NCBI GenBank assembly: GCA_041165365.1
Contig: JBEANR010000127.1
Span: 110-64,109, forward strand
DNA from: Actinomycetota bacterium
GTDB taxonomy: Bacteria > Actinomycetota > Actinomycetes > Actinomycetales > Microbacteriaceae
Length of the DNA: 64,000 bases
Reading direction: 5' to 3'
How positions within the stretch are numbered: the first letter of the stretch is position 1; each line of letters begins with the position of its first letter. Shown here in pieces: positions 33,360 to 43,870 of the stretch. A model generated the notes under the pieces. It ran no database searches and had not been told where the DNA came from. It worked only from the letters and a program-made list of their open reading frames with translations. The position numbers and the translations under genes are program-made.

Positions 33360-34994
33360 TCAGTGCGAGGAGCCGGCGTGCTCCCGCTCGAGCTCGGTCG
33401 TGGTCACCGGTGAGATGCGGTCCTCGAAGAACCACGACGACAGTCCAGCGCGAGCCCGTTGCGCCACCGAGATCTGGCCGCGTGCGTTCGGTCGCACCAT
33501 GAGTGGCTTGTAGTCCACGTAGCTCACGAGCTTCCAGCGCTCGTACTCGTCGAGTTGCTCGTGCACCTCGATGTACTCACCGCCGGGAAGCCGCACGATA
33601 CGACCGGACTCGAACCCGTGCAGGGCGATCTCGCGATCCTTCTTCTGCAGCCCGAGGCAGATGCGTTTCGTGATGAAATACGCGAGTACCGGGCCGACGA
33701 ACAGCAGGATCTGAATCGTACGGATGGTGCCCTCGATCGTCACCAGGAAGTGCGTGGCGATCAGGTCGGAGCTCGCCGCGGCCCACAGGACCGCGTAGAA
33801 GGTGACTCCGGCGGCGCCGATGGCGGTGCGCACCGGGGCGTTGCGCGGACGCTCGGCGATGTGGTGCTCGCGCTTGTCTCCGGTGATCCAGCCTTCGATG
33901 AAGGGGTAGAACGCCACGAGCGCGAGGAACACCGGCAACACCAGGAGCGGAAGCAGGATGTTCACGGGGTAGGTGTACCCGAAGAGCACGAACTCCAGGT
34001 GCGGAGGCACGAGGCGCAGCGCACCGTCGGCGAATCCGATATACCAGTCCGGCTGGGTTCCGGCGGACACGGGGGAGGGGTCGTAGGGGCCGTAGTTCCA
34101 GATCGGGTTGATGGTGAAGAAGGCGCCCATGAGCACGAGCATCCCGAAGACGATGAAGAAGAACCCGCCCGCCTTCGCGGCGAACACCGGCATGACCGGC
34201 ACACCGACGACATTGTCGTTGGTGCGACCGGGGCCGGCGAACTGGGTGTGCTTGTTGATGATCATCAGCAGCAGGTGCACGCCGAGCGCCGCCACGAGGA
34301 TCGCGGGCAACAGCAGGATGTGCAGGGTGAAGAGCCGCGGGATGACATCCGTCCCCGGGAACTCGCCGCCGAACAGCAGCCAGGAGATCCAGGTGCCGAT
34401 CACCGGGATGGCCTTGACCATGCCGTCGATGATGCGCAGTCCGTTGCCCGAGAGCAGGTCGTCGGGGAGCGAGTATCCGGTGAAGCCCTCGGCCATCGCG
34501 AGGATGAAGAGCACGAACCCGACGAACCAGTTGAGCTCACGCGGTTTGCGGAACGCGCCGGTGAAGAACACCCGCAGCATGTGGAGACCGATGGATGCCA
34601 CGAACAGGAGGGCGGCCCAGTGGTGCACCTGTCGCATCAGGAGGCCACCGCGCACGTCGAACGAGATGTCGAGCGACGAGGCCATCGCGGCGGACATCTC
34701 GAGTCCCTTGAGCGGCACGTAGGAGCCGTCGTACTCGACCTCGGTCATGGACGGGTCGTAGAAGAACGTCAGGAATGTGCCGGTCAACAGGATGACCACG
34801 AAGCTGTAGAGCGCCACCTCGCCGAGCATGAACGACCAGTGGTCGGGGAAGATCTTGCGGCCCAGTTCGCGGGTGATGCCCGAGATGCTGGTGCGCTCGT
34901 CGATGTAGTTCGCCGCGGCCCCGGTGAACCGTTGACCGGGGGTCTTGACGGCGGTCGGGGTGTCGGACTCGTTGCGAGTCGGTGCAGTGGTCAT
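33360..34994 (-). CDS. qcrB: Cytochrome bc1 complex cytochrome b subunit
   Basis: FPDHWSF, RQVHHWAA, GYSLP, LHILLLP, QPDWY. Confidence 0.97.
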   Translation of the reverse strand: MTTAPTRNESDTPTAVKTPGQRFTGAAANYIDERTSISGITRELGRKIFPDHWSFMLGEVALYSFVVILLTGTFLTFFYDPSMTEVEYDGSYVPLKGLEMSAAMASSLDISFDVRGGLLMRQVHHWAALLFVASIGLHMLRVFFTGAFRKPRELNWFVGFVLFILAMAEGFTGYSLPDDLLSGNGLRIIDGMVKAIPVIGTWISWLLFGGEFPGTDVIPRLFTLHILLLPAILVAALGVHLLLMIINKHTQFAGPGRTNDNVVGVPVMPVFAAKAGGFFFIVFGMLVLMGAFFTINPIWNYGPYDPSPVSAGTQPDWYIGFADGALRLVPPHLEFVLFGYTYPVNILLPLLVLPVFLALVAFYPFIEGWITGDKREHHIAERPRNAPVRTAIGAAGVTFYAVLWAAASSDLIATHFLVTIEGTIRTIQILLFVGPVLAYFITKRICLGLQKKDREIALHGFESGRIVRLPGGEYIEVHEQLDEYERWKLVSYVDYKPLMVRPNARGQISVAQRARAGLSSWFFEDRISPVTTTELEREHAGSSH

Positions 34995-36103
34995 GAGCGA
35001 TCCCAGTAGCTCGGACCGACCGGCTCATCGAAGCCCTTCTGGGCGATGAGGTAGCCGTCGGCGTCAACGGTGATGGGGAGTTGCGGGAGGGGCCTGGCGG
35101 CAGGCCCGAAGATGACCGCACAGTGGTTGGTCACGTCGAAAGTCGACTGATGGCAGGGGCAGAGCAGGTGGTGCGTCTGCTGCTCGTAGAGGGCCACGGG
35201 GCACCCCACGTGCGTGCAGATCTTCGAGTACGCGACGATGCCGTCGTACGACCAGTCGGCGCGTTCGGGAAGTTCGTTGAGGTCTTCGGGCTTCAGGCGC
35301 ATCAGCAGCACCGCGGCCTTCGCCTTCTCCTCGAGCTTGTGCTCGGACTCGTTCAAACCCTCGGGGATCACGTGGAACACCGAACCGATGGTGACCTCGG
35401 AGGCCTTGATCGGGATGCCGGAGGGGTCTTTCGTGAGCCGCACATCCTTGTCCCACATGGTCACCTCGAGGGCGGCGGCGGGGTCGGACGTCGGCCCGAG
35501 GTCGCGGAACAGCACGATCGCCGGGATCGGGGTGGCGATGAGGGCACCGATCAGGGAGTTGCGGATGAGAGCTCTGCGCCCGAACCCCGACTCCTCGTTG
35601 CCGGCCGTGAAGACCGCCACCGCCTTCGCCCGCGTCTCGTCGGTGCCGCGAGTGGTGTGGCGCATCTCCACCATCTCCTCGCCGCTCATGAGGTTCTTCG
35701 CCCAGTAGACGGCACCGACACCGATGCCGAGGAGGCCGAGTGCTATGCCGATGCCGAGCATGGCGGTGTTCAGGCGGATGGATGAGCTGTCGCCCGGCAC
35801 GAGAGGGAAGGCGGCGTAGGCCGCGATGGCGAGCACACTGCCGATGATCGACGTGTAGAAGAGGGTGTAGACCCGGCGCTCCGCCTGGCGGTCTTTGCGT
35901 GGGTCCTCGTCGGTCACCCTCGCGCGATGCGGCGGGAGCCCGGGGTTCTGGAACGAGTCGGAGGCGACGACGGCGGTTCCGGGGTTGCTTGCACGGTGCG
36001 CGCTCCCGGCGTGGTCGACGCGGTCCACCGCCGACCCCGGTCCGGAACCCGCTTCCGGGCCCGATACGGCATCGGCGTGACCGCCGGTGTCGTGCTGTGC
36101 CAT
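34991..36103 (-). CDS. qcrA: Cytochrome bc1 Rieske subunit
   Basis: CTHVGCP, CPCHQSTF, GPAARPLP. Confidence 0.97.
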   Translation of the reverse strand: MAQHDTGGHADAVSGPEAGSGPGSAVDRVDHAGSAHRASNPGTAVVASDSFQNPGLPPHRARVTDEDPRKDRQAERRVYTLFYTSIIGSVLAIAAYAAFPLVPGDSSSIRLNTAMLGIGIALGLLGIGVGAVYWAKNLMSGEEMVEMRHTTRGTDETRAKAVAVFTAGNEESGFGRRALIRNSLIGALIATPIPAIVLFRDLGPTSDPAAALEVTMWDKDVRLTKDPSGIPIKASEVTIGSVFHVIPEGLNESEHKLEEKAKAAVLLMRLKPEDLNELPERADWSYDGIVAYSKICTHVGCPVALYEQQTHHLLCPCHQSTFDVTNHCAVIFGPAARPLPQLPITVDADGYLIAQKGFDEPVGPSYWDRS

Positions 36104-36170
36104 GTGTCGTGCCCTTCGCTGTGGAGAGGTTTAGCGCGTGAACTTAATCCTACGTCGAGATCCGACCGGA

Positions 36171-36980
36171 TCAACTCGCTTTCGCGGCGATCCAGATGGT
36201 GACTCCGACGATCGCGCCGAGTCCGAAGATCCAGATGAAGAGACCTTCCGAGACCGGACCCAGGTTGCCGAGGTCGAATCCGCCTGGCGAGGGGTTGTCG
36301 TCGAGATACTTCAGGTAGGTGATCACGTCGGCCTTCTGCTCCGGAGTGATGTTGAGATCGTTGAACACCGGCATGTTCTGCGGTCCGGTGACCATCGCCT
36401 CGTAGACGTGCACGGCCTCGACATCCGCCAGTCCCGGTGCGTACTTGCCTTCGGTGAGCGCGCCGCCGGCCCCTGCGACGTTGTGGCACATCGCGCAGTT
36501 GATGCGGAAGAGCTCTGCGCCCTCGGTGGCGTCTCCGTCACCCTGCAGGTACTCCTCATCCGGGATGCCGGGGCCGGGAGCCAGTGAGGCGATGTACGCA
36601 CCCATGGCGTCCGACTGCTCCTGGGTGAACTGAACGGGCTTCTTCTGCGCCTGCGGGCCGCTGGCGGCGAGGGGCATGCGCCCCGTCATGACCTGGAAGT
36701 CGACGGATGCCGCGCCGACGCCGTAGAGGCTCGGTCCCTGCTCGGAGCCCTGAGCACTCAACCCGTGGCAGGTGGCGCAGTTCGAGGCGAACAGCTTCTG
36801 GCCGTCTTCGACGACCGACTGGGTGGCCTCGGTGGTCTCCGCGGAGGCGGTCGAGGTGAAGAGCGCGTACGCGCCGCCGGTGGTCAGCAGCCCGATGAGG
36901 ATCAGCGACACCGTCGCGAGGGGATGCCGACGCCCTGTCTGCCGCTTCCGTCTGCTGGAGGACGGTGAGTGTGTGCGCAT
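36171..36980 (-). CDS. qcrC: Diheme cytochrome c subunit
   Basis: Two CxxCH motifs (CATCH, CAMCH), GRMP, GPQNMP. Confidence 0.96.
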   Translation of the reverse strand: MRTHSPSSSRRKRQTGRRHPLATVSLILIGLLTTGGAYALFTSTASAETTEATQSVVEDGQKLFASNCATCHGLSAQGSEQGPSLYGVGAASVDFQVMTGRMPLAASGPQAQKKPVQFTQEQSDAMGAYIASLAPGPGIPDEEYLQGDGDATEGAELFRINCAMCHNVAGAGGALTEGKYAPGLADVEAVHVYEAMVTGPQNMPVFNDLNITPEQKADVITYLKYLDDNPSPGGFDLGNLGPVSEGLFIWIFGLGAIVGVTIWIAAKAS

Positions 36981-37013
36981 GCTGTGCCGGATTCCCGATC
37001 TGTCGTGTGCGGT

Positions 37014-37643
37014 CTATTTGAGGACGTAGATGACCAGGAACAACCCGATCCAGACCACGTCGACGAAGTGCCAGTAGTACGAGACGACGATCGCGCGCGT
37101 CGCCTCCTTGTGTCCGAAGTTCTTGACCGCGAAGGCGCTGGCGATCACGAGCAGGAAGGCGATCAACCCCGCTGTCACATGGATGCCGTGGAACCCGGTG
37201 GTCAGATAGAACGCCGATCCGTAGGAGTTCGAGTAGATCGCGAGGTCTTCGCCGACGAGCACTGCGTACTCGTAGACCTGCCCGGTGACGAAGATGGCGC
37301 CCATCGCATAGGTGAGGAAGAACCACTCCACCATGCCCCACTCGGACATCTTCCATCCCGTCGCCCTCGGCTGGAGGCGCTCGGCCGCGAACACCCCGAA
37401 CTGGCAGGTGACCGACGACAGCACGAGGATGGCGGTGTTGACGCTCGAGAACGGGATGTTCAGCAGGGCCGACTCGGACTCCCACAGGCCCGGCGACGTC
37501 GACCGGAGCGTGAAGTAGATCGCGAACAGCCCGGCGAAGAACATGACCTCACTGCCGAGCCACACGATGGTGCCCACCGCCACGATGCTCGGCCGGTTGA
37601 CGACGGGGGCGCCGACAGACCGCGGCAGGGAGGTAGTGGTCAC
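37014..37643 (-). CDS. ctaE: Cytochrome c oxidase subunit III
   Basis: [27 protein letters not shown]; GTG start 37643. Confidence 0.95.
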   Translation of the reverse strand: MTTTSLPRSVGAPVVNRPSIVAVGTIVWLGSEVMFFAGLFAIYFTLRSTSPGLWESESALLNIPFSSVNTAILVLSSVTCQFGVFAAERLQPRATGWKMSEWGMVEWFFLTYAMGAIFVTGQVYEYAVLVGEDLAIYSNSYGSAFYLTTGFHGIHVTAGLIAFLLVIASAFAVKNFGHKEATRAIVVSYYWHFVDVVWIGLFLVIYVLK

Positions 37644-37731
37644 CCTTCCATTATGACCCGAAGATCGCGTGCCGGAGGTCATTCCCACCGCCCATCGGAG
37701 CACGCGGGGCGTGCGGCATAGGATCGCAGCC

Positions 37732-38787
37732 ATGCCGATCGACCGCACCTGGACCTCCCTGCTCACCGCCCTCCTGGCCGGGGAGGACCTGTCGGTCGGC
37801 GAGGCCTCGTGGGCGATGCACGAGGTCATGGCGGGCGACGTCTCCGAGGCCCGGCTCGCGGCGTTCCTCGTGGCCCTGCGAGCGAAGGGGGAGACCGTCG
37901 ACGAGATCGTCGGATTCCGCGACGCGATCCTGCAGAACGCGGTCCCGCTCGCCGTCGACCCGCTGGGCCTCGACATCGTCGGGACCGGAGGGGACAGGTT
38001 CGGAACGGTCAATGTGTCGACCATGGCCTCGGTGGTGGCCGCGGCATCCGGTGTTCCGGTGATCAAGCACGGCAACCGGGCTGCGAGCTCGTCGTCGGGG
38101 TCGTCGGATGTGCTCTCCGCCCTCGGCATCGACCTCGAGCAACCCGCCGAGCGGGTCGCGGCGGTACTCGGAGAGGTGGGCGTCACCTTCGCCTTCGCGG
38201 CGATGTTCCACCCGGGGTTCCGTCATGCCGCGGCGACGAGGCGGGAGATCGGGATCCCCACGGTGTTCAACTTCCTCGGTCCGCTCTGCAACCCGGCGAG
38301 GCCGGAGGCGTCGGCCGTCGGGGTGGCCGACGCCTCGAAGGTGCCGTTGATCGTGGGCGTGTTCCAAACCAGGGGGGCGACGGCTCTCGTGTTCCGCGGC
38401 GACGACGGTCTCGACGAGTTGACCACGACCGGGCACAGTCACCTGTGGGAGGTGTCGCGCGGCGGGGTGACCGAGCACGACCTCGACCCGCTCGACCTCG
38501 GCATCGGGCGGTCGACGATCGAGGATCTGCTCGGGGGGGATGCCGCACACAACGCCGCGGTGGCCCGCGACGTGTTCGGCGGCGCGCGTGGCGCGGTGCG
38601 GGACATCGTGCTGCTGAACGCCGCGGCCGGGCTCGTCTCCTTCGACCTCGCGCGGGACCGCTCCCAGAGCGATCGGACCCTGCTCGACAGGCTCCGTGAG
38701 AAGCTCGGGATTGCGGCGGAGGCGATCGACTCCGGAGCGGCGACGCGCACCCTCGACCGCTGGGTGCAGGCGACGCGACGCCGCTGA
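37732..38787 (+). CDS. trpD: Anthranilate phosphoribosyltransferase
   Basis: [36 protein letters not shown]. Confidence 0.97.
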   Translation: MPIDRTWTSLLTALLAGEDLSVGEASWAMHEVMAGDVSEARLAAFLVALRAKGETVDEIVGFRDAILQNAVPLAVDPLGLDIVGTGGDRFGTVNVSTMASVVAAASGVPVIKHGNRAASSSSGSSDVLSALGIDLEQPAERVAAVLGEVGVTFAFAAMFHPGFRHAAATRREIGIPTVFNFLGPLCNPARPEASAVGVADASKVPLIVGVFQTRGATALVFRGDDGLDELTTTGHSHLWEVSRGGVTEHDLDPLDLGIGRSTIEDLLGGDAAHNAAVARDVFGGARGAVRDIVLLNAAAGLVSFDLARDRSQSDRTLLDRLREKLGIAAEAIDSGAATRTLDRWVQATRRR

Positions 38788-38796
38788 AGCGTGCTT

Positions 38797-39969
38797 TCAG
38801 ACGTCGAGCCGATACCCGCGCTTGATCACGGTGGCGACGAGGCCGGCGTCGGGCAGTGACTGCCGCAGCCTGCTGATCGCGACGTCGACGGCGTGGTCGT
38901 CCATGGCGTCGGGGGCGGTGGCGGCGAGGTCGGACCGCGACACCACGGCACCGCTCGCGGCGACGAGCGGTCTCATCATCGCGAGCGAGGTGGGAGGCAG
39001 TGGCACGCTCGCATCGCCGACCCTGAGCAGTCGGCCGCGGAGTTCGAGAGCCCCATGGGTCGTGGTGAGTCTCGCGACGCGATGACCCTCGAGGTGTTCG
39101 CAGACCAGTCGGATGAGGGCGCCCATCCGGAACCGATCGGGGACGACGGGGCGCAGTCCGGCCGCGATCAGCGGTGCGGCGGTGACCGGTCCGACCGCCG
39201 CGGGCACGACCTGGTCGGCCAGCGCGCGCAGCACTCCGTCGAGGCGCCCCATGCCGTCCGCCGCGGAGAAGAGGGCGTCGACGGCCGGCGCACTCGTGAA
39301 GGTGACGGCGTCGACCGCCCCCGAGCGGACGGCGTCGACGAGCCTCGCGACCCGGGTCGAATCCTCGGGGAGCACCCATCGGTAGGGGGCGACGGTCAGC
39401 ACCCTCGCGCCGGCCGCCGCCAATCGCTCGAGCTGGGCCTCGTCGGTGAAGCCGTGCAGCTGCACCGCGACGGTCGACCCCGCGGCGCCGTCGCGGAGCA
39501 CGTGGTCGACGAGCGATCTCGTGGTCTCCTCGTCGCTCATCCCGGCGTCGTCGAGACCCGCCGCCCGCACCGCACCGCGGGCCTTGGGGCCTCGCACGAG
39601 GATGCGCGAGCGGCTGAGGGTGTCGGTGAGCCGACGGCCGAGCCCCGCGGCATCCGCGGCCTCGAGCCACCGTCGGATGCCGTACGAGGTGGTCGCGAGG
39701 AGCACGTCGGGTGCGGCGGCGATCACCGCGAGGGTGTCGGTCGTGAGGGCGGCGTCGTCGTCGGTCGCGGCGATGCGGATCGCGGGCGCATGCAACACTT
39801 CGGCGCCGCGTCGCTCGAAGGCGGCGATGAGGTCTTCCGACCGGCGGTCGGAGGTGACGCCGATGCGGAACCCGGCGAGCTGGTCCGGGCGGAAGCCCGG
39901 CGAGGGCTCTGACGGGATGTCGGTCACGGTGGCTCCGTCGACGGGGGTGGTCACGGCTCTGACGGTCAC
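38797..39969 (-). CDS. nnaR: NnaR-like regulator (HemD-like domain + OmpR-type winged helix)
   Basis: GFRIGVTSDRR, VRGPKARGA, YRW, FTSAPAV, then VVSRSDL...VDVAISRLRQSL...VIKRGYRL; located in nitrate cluster. Confidence 0.85.
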   Translation of the reverse strand: MTVRAVTTPVDGATVTDIPSEPSPGFRPDQLAGFRIGVTSDRRSEDLIAAFERRGAEVLHAPAIRIAATDDDAALTTDTLAVIAAAPDVLLATTSYGIRRWLEAADAAGLGRRLTDTLSRSRILVRGPKARGAVRAAGLDDAGMSDEETTRSLVDHVLRDGAAGSTVAVQLHGFTDEAQLERLAAAGARVLTVAPYRWVLPEDSTRVARLVDAVRSGAVDAVTFTSAPAVDALFSAADGMGRLDGVLRALADQVVPAAVGPVTAAPLIAAGLRPVVPDRFRMGALIRLVCEHLEGHRVARLTTTHGALELRGRLLRVGDASVPLPPTSLAMMRPLVAASGAVVSRSDLAATAPDAMDDHAVDVAISRLRQSLPDAGLVATVIKRGYRLDV

Positions 39970-41069
39970 TCCTCCGCGAGGAGGACTGCGGCGGAGTCGA
40001 TCAGTTCGACGGCGGCGACATCGGCGCTCGCGGCCCATCGTACGACCTCGCCGATCACCAGCACCGCGGGGGAGCGGACACGCACTCGCGACGCGATGCC
40101 GACGATCTCGCCGAGGGTGGTGATCGTGGTGCGTTGACTCGAGGAGAAACCCCGCTCGACGATCGCCACGGGCACGGCGTCGCTCAGCCCGTGACGCCGC
40201 AGTCCCGCGGCGAGGTGGGGGAGGGTGCCCACGCCCATGAGCACCACGATGGTCGATGCGAGCCCGACGAGATGGGAGAGCTCGACGTCGTCGAGCGGCA
40301 CGTGCCCCGAGACGACCGTGAACATGCGGCTGACGTCCCGATGGGTGACCGGGATGCCCGCGGCCGCCGGCACCGCGATCGCACTCGTCACCCCCGACAG
40401 CACCCTCACCGGCACGCCGGCCTCCCGGCAGGCCGCGACCTCCTCGCCGCCCCGCCCGAATACGAAGGGGTCCCCGCCCTTCAGCCTCACCACGGAACGC
40501 CCGTGGAGGGCGTGCTCCACGAGCAGGGAGTGGATCCCGCTCTGCGGCACGGCGTGATGGCCCGGGGTCTTGCCGACATCGATGAGCTCAGCACCGGGCG
40601 CGAGCTCCGCCAGTCGCTCAGACGGCACGAGCCTGTCGTAGAGCACGACGTCGGCCGCGCGCAGAGCAGCGATCGACGCCGTCGTCATGAGGCCGGGGTC
40701 GCCCGGTCCGCCGCCGACGAGCGTGACCTGCCCGATCAGCGAGACGGGGGACGCGGGCTCCCGGCACAGCAGCACCCGCGCCTCGGAGCAGGCGGCGCCG
40801 AGCATCCCGTGGTCGGCATCCGCACCGACCACGATGACGAGATCCACATCGGCGATCAGCGTGGCCCATCGGTTGTGGGCCTCCTGGTCGCGGGCCTGAG
40901 CGCCGGAGACGTTCCGACCCGACCGCTCGCCCGACGACTCGGTCGACCGCGGGGCGAGCCGCACACGTGCCCCTGCAGCACGGCAGCGGGCGATGGTGTG
41001 GCGAGCCTCGCCCGTGTGCCCTACCACGAGCACGGTGCGGCCGAGGAGTTCGATGTCGGAGACCTCCAC
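39966..41069 (-). CDS. cobA: Uroporphyrinogen-III C-methyltransferase with degenerate N-terminal domain
   Basis: VGGGPGDPGL, LYDRL, VGKTPG, RLKGGDPFVFGRGGEE, GVTSAIA, LMG. Confidence 0.9.
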   Translation of the reverse strand: MEVSDIELLGRTVLVVGHTGEARHTIARCRAAGARVRLAPRSTESSGERSGRNVSGAQARDQEAHNRWATLIADVDLVIVVGADADHGMLGAACSEARVLLCREPASPVSLIGQVTLVGGGPGDPGLMTTASIAALRAADVVLYDRLVPSERLAELAPGAELIDVGKTPGHHAVPQSGIHSLLVEHALHGRSVVRLKGGDPFVFGRGGEEVAACREAGVPVRVLSGVTSAIAVPAAAGIPVTHRDVSRMFTVVSGHVPLDDVELSHLVGLASTIVVLMGVGTLPHLAAGLRRHGLSDAVPVAIVERGFSSSQRTTITTLGEIVGIASRVRVRSPAVLVIGEVVRWAASADVAAVELIDSAAVLLAEE

Positions 41070-41070
41070 G

Positions 41071-43725
41071 TCACACCCTCGCGGAGTCGGAAGGACGGAC
41101 CGGGATGACGGCGCCGGCGAGCATCACCGGAGAGGCCCGTTCATCGGCGCGCGCGGGCCTCGGCTGATCGCGTTCGAGCACCTGCACGACGGAGGGGTCG
41201 GGCGTGGACGGCGCGTTCACGAACGACCTGAATCTGACCAGTCGCTCTGGATCCCTGAGGGTGGCCGCCCACTCGTCCTCGTAGTTGCCGATGTGCCTCG
41301 CCATGGCCGCCTCGAGTTCGGCCGCGATGCCGAGGCTGTCTTCGCAGACCACGGCGCGCACGTGGTCGAGGCCGCCGTCGAGTTCCTCCTGCCATCGGGC
41401 TGTGCGCTGCAGGCGGTCGCCGGTGCGGATGTAGTACATCAGGTACCTGTCGATGTAGCTGATGAGGGTGCGGTCGTCGAGATCCTGGGCGAGCAATTGG
41501 GCGTGGGCGGGCAGGAAGCCACCGTTGCCCCCCACGTAGAGGTTCCAACCCTTCTCGGTCGCGATGACGCCGACGTCTTTGCCGCGGGCCTCCGCGCACT
41601 CGCGGGCGCATCCCGAGACGCCGAGCTTGAACTTGTGGGGGGCACGGAGTCCCCGATACCGCAATTCGAGTCCGATGGCCATGGCCACGGAGTCCTGCAC
41701 CCCGTAGCGGCACCAGGTCGATCCGACGCACGACTTCACAGTGCGGAGCGATTTGCCGTAGGCGTGCCCGGATTCGAATCCCGCGTCGACGAGGATCGTC
41801 CAGATCTCGGGCAGTTGCTCGAGTCTCGCTCCGAACAGGTCGATCCTGAGCCCGCCGGTGATCTTGGTGTACAGGCCGAACTGCTCGGCGACCTCGGCGA
41901 TCACCTTGAGCTTCTTCGGGGTGATCTCACCGCCGGGGATGCGCGGCACGACGGAGTAGGTGCCGTCCCTCTGCATGTTGGCGAGGGCTCGGTCGTTGGT
42001 GTCCTGCAGCGCGCCTCTGCCGCCGTCGAGGACATAGTCGCCGGTCTGGGTCGCGAGGATGGAGGCCATCACGGGTTTGCAGATGTCGCAACCGAGGCCC
42101 GAGCCGAAGCGCTCCATGATCTGTTCGTAGGAGGTGAGCTGCAGGATCCGCACGGATTCGAAGAGCTCGCTGCGGCTCAGGGCGATGTGCTCGCAGAGTG
42201 CCCTGGAGACCTCGACGCCGGCCTTCGTCAATTCCGACTCCAGCACCTTCTTGACCAACGGCACGCAGGATCCGCACTGGGTCCCCGCGCGGGTGCAGGC
42301 CTTCAGCGCGGCGAGCTCGGTGCAGGCCTCGCCGTGATCGCCCCGGATCGCCTCGCGCACGGCTCCGACCGAGACGTTGTTGCACGAGCAGAGCTGCACG
42401 TCATCCGGCAGTTCACCGCTCGTCGGCGCCTCACCCCCCGCCGCCGAGAGGTAGGCACCGGGTTCTGCCGGCAGCTCTCGACCGAGGAGCGGTCGCAGTG
42501 ACGTGAAGGGCGCGGCATCCCCCACGAAGATGCCGCCCAGGAGGGTTTTCGCATCGTTCGAGACCACGATCTTCTGGTAGAGGCCGCGCGCGGGGTCTGC
42601 GTACACGACCTCGAGCGCGTGCGGGGTACGGGCGAACGCGTCGCCGAAGCTCGCCACCTCCACGCCGGACAGCTTGAGCTTCGTGGCGTCGTCGATCCCC
42701 GGGAACAGCGCGTCACCGCCGTGCATCCTGTCCGCGACGACCTCCGCCATCGCGTTCGCGGGGGCCACGAGTCCGACACAGGTGCCGTCGATGCTCGCGA
42801 CCTCGCCTATCGCCCAGATTGCGGGATGCGACGTCGAGCAGTCCGGGCCGATGACGACGCCACCGCGCGCACCGAGTTCCAGCCCGGCGTCTCGGGCGAG
42901 CTCGTCTCGCGGGGTGATGCCGATCGAGAAGACGACGAGATCGGCCTCGAGCAGTCGACCGTCGGCCAGTTCCACGCCCTCGACCTGGCCGGTCGTCGAC
43001 GCCACGATGGCGGACGGCCTGGTGCCCAGGGCCAGTTCGATCCCCTGCGCGCCGATGAGTCGACCGAGCGCCTGGCCTGCTCCCTCATCGAGCTGGGCGG
43101 ACATCAGCCATCGCCCGGAATGCACGATGGTCGTCGCCCCGCCGAGTCGCTGGAGCCCTCCCGCGGCCTCCAGTCCGAGCAGACCTCCTCCCACCACGAC
43201 CACCCGAGTCGGCCTCCCGAGCGCCGTGGCGAGTCTGCCGAGCTCACCCACGAGCAGGTCGACGTCGTCGATGGTGCGGTAGACGTGGCCGAGGCCGGAT
43301 CCGGGGATGCTCGGAACCGCCGCCGCAGATCCTGTGGCGAGCACGAGGTCGTCGTAGGGGAGCGCCTCGCCGCTCGCGAGGGTGACGGTGTTCGCATCGG
43401 CGTCGATGCGCACGACCCTGCACCCTCCGCGGAAGGCTATGGGGCCGGTCCAGAGTCCGGGATCGCCGAGGGTGAGGTCCTCGGCGCCGACCAGCCGTCG
43501 GGAGAGCGCGACCCTGTCGTACGGCAGATGCACCTCATCGCCGAGGACGGTGACACGGAGGGATCGGCGTGCCGCCGCGGCATCCTGGCCCGCTGTCTCG
43601 CCGGTGGCGGCATCCGTGCGTGCGGCATCCCGTGCCTTCATCGCCTCGGCGAATCGATGCGCCGCCGGCCCCCCTCCCACCACGACGATGTGACGGGTAG
43701 AGGGCTGTGCTCCGGCGTTGCGCAT
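41071..43725 (-). CDS. nirB: NAD(P)H nitrite reductase large subunit
   Basis: VVGGG, PYDRVALS, GGGLLGLEAA, CSCNNV, AGTQCGSC, PRIPGGEIT, KSCVGSTWC, SGCARECA; ATG 43725 with GGAGG 7 nt upstream. Confidence 0.96.
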   Translation of the reverse strand: MRNAGAQPSTRHIVVVGGGPAAHRFAEAMKARDAARTDAATGETAGQDAAAARRSLRVTVLGDEVHLPYDRVALSRRLVGAEDLTLGDPGLWTGPIAFRGGCRVVRIDADANTVTLASGEALPYDDLVLATGSAAAVPSIPGSGLGHVYRTIDDVDLLVGELGRLATALGRPTRVVVVGGGLLGLEAAGGLQRLGGATTIVHSGRWLMSAQLDEGAGQALGRLIGAQGIELALGTRPSAIVASTTGQVEGVELADGRLLEADLVVFSIGITPRDELARDAGLELGARGGVVIGPDCSTSHPAIWAIGEVASIDGTCVGLVAPANAMAEVVADRMHGGDALFPGIDDATKLKLSGVEVASFGDAFARTPHALEVVYADPARGLYQKIVVSNDAKTLLGGIFVGDAAPFTSLRPLLGRELPAEPGAYLSAAGGEAPTSGELPDDVQLCSCNNVSVGAVREAIRGDHGEACTELAALKACTRAGTQCGSCVPLVKKVLESELTKAGVEVSRALCEHIALSRSELFESVRILQLTSYEQIMERFGSGLGCDICKPVMASILATQTGDYVLDGGRGALQDTNDRALANMQRDGTYSVVPRIPGGEITPKKLKVIAEVAEQFGLYTKITGGLRIDLFGARLEQLPEIWTILVDAGFESGHAYGKSLRTVKSCVGSTWCRYGVQDSVAMAIGLELRYRGLRAPHKFKLGVSGCARECAEARGKDVGVIATEKGWNLYVGGNGGFLPAHAQLLAQDLDDRTLISYIDRYLMYYIRTGDRLQRTARWQEELDGGLDHVRAVVCEDSLGIAAELEAAMARHIGNYEDEWAATLRDPERLVRFRSFVNAPSTPDPSVVQVLERDQPRPARADERASPVMLAGAVIPVRPSDSARV

Positions 43726-43843
43726 GCGGCGCCCTCCGCGATCGGGGTGGTGGTGCTGGGGGTGGTGGTGCTCGATACGACCAGAGCCTAGAAAGCGCTC
43801 GTTTCCCCGTGATTGCGCCGACGTAACGCCGTGTGACGGTGAC

Positions 43844-43870
43844 CTCACCGATCGGCTGATGGGCTGTGAG
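43844..43870. promoter_or_regulatory. Candidate NnaR operator
   Basis: CTCAC-N17-GTGAG inverted repeat in the nirB/nirD divergent spacer; matches the CTCAC...GTGAG NnaR half-sites recalled from Streptomyces/Mycobacterium. Confidence 0.6.

Noticed and set aside
37732-38787. trpD isolated from other trp genes; argG also solitary
   Set aside because: trpD beside ctaE-qcr is normal actinobacterial synteny, and a solitary long-form argG is not remarkable without the rest of the genome.
41768-41782. GGATTCGAATCC, similar to a tRNA T-arm
   Set aside because: Lies within nirB coding sequence (GFESGH on the minus strand); no cloverleaf.
43726-43848. N-terminal extension of NirB to GTG 43848 as in the ORF track
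   Set aside because: That start overlaps the NnaR-like site; ATG 43725 has a well-spaced GGAGG and begins near the Rossmann motif.
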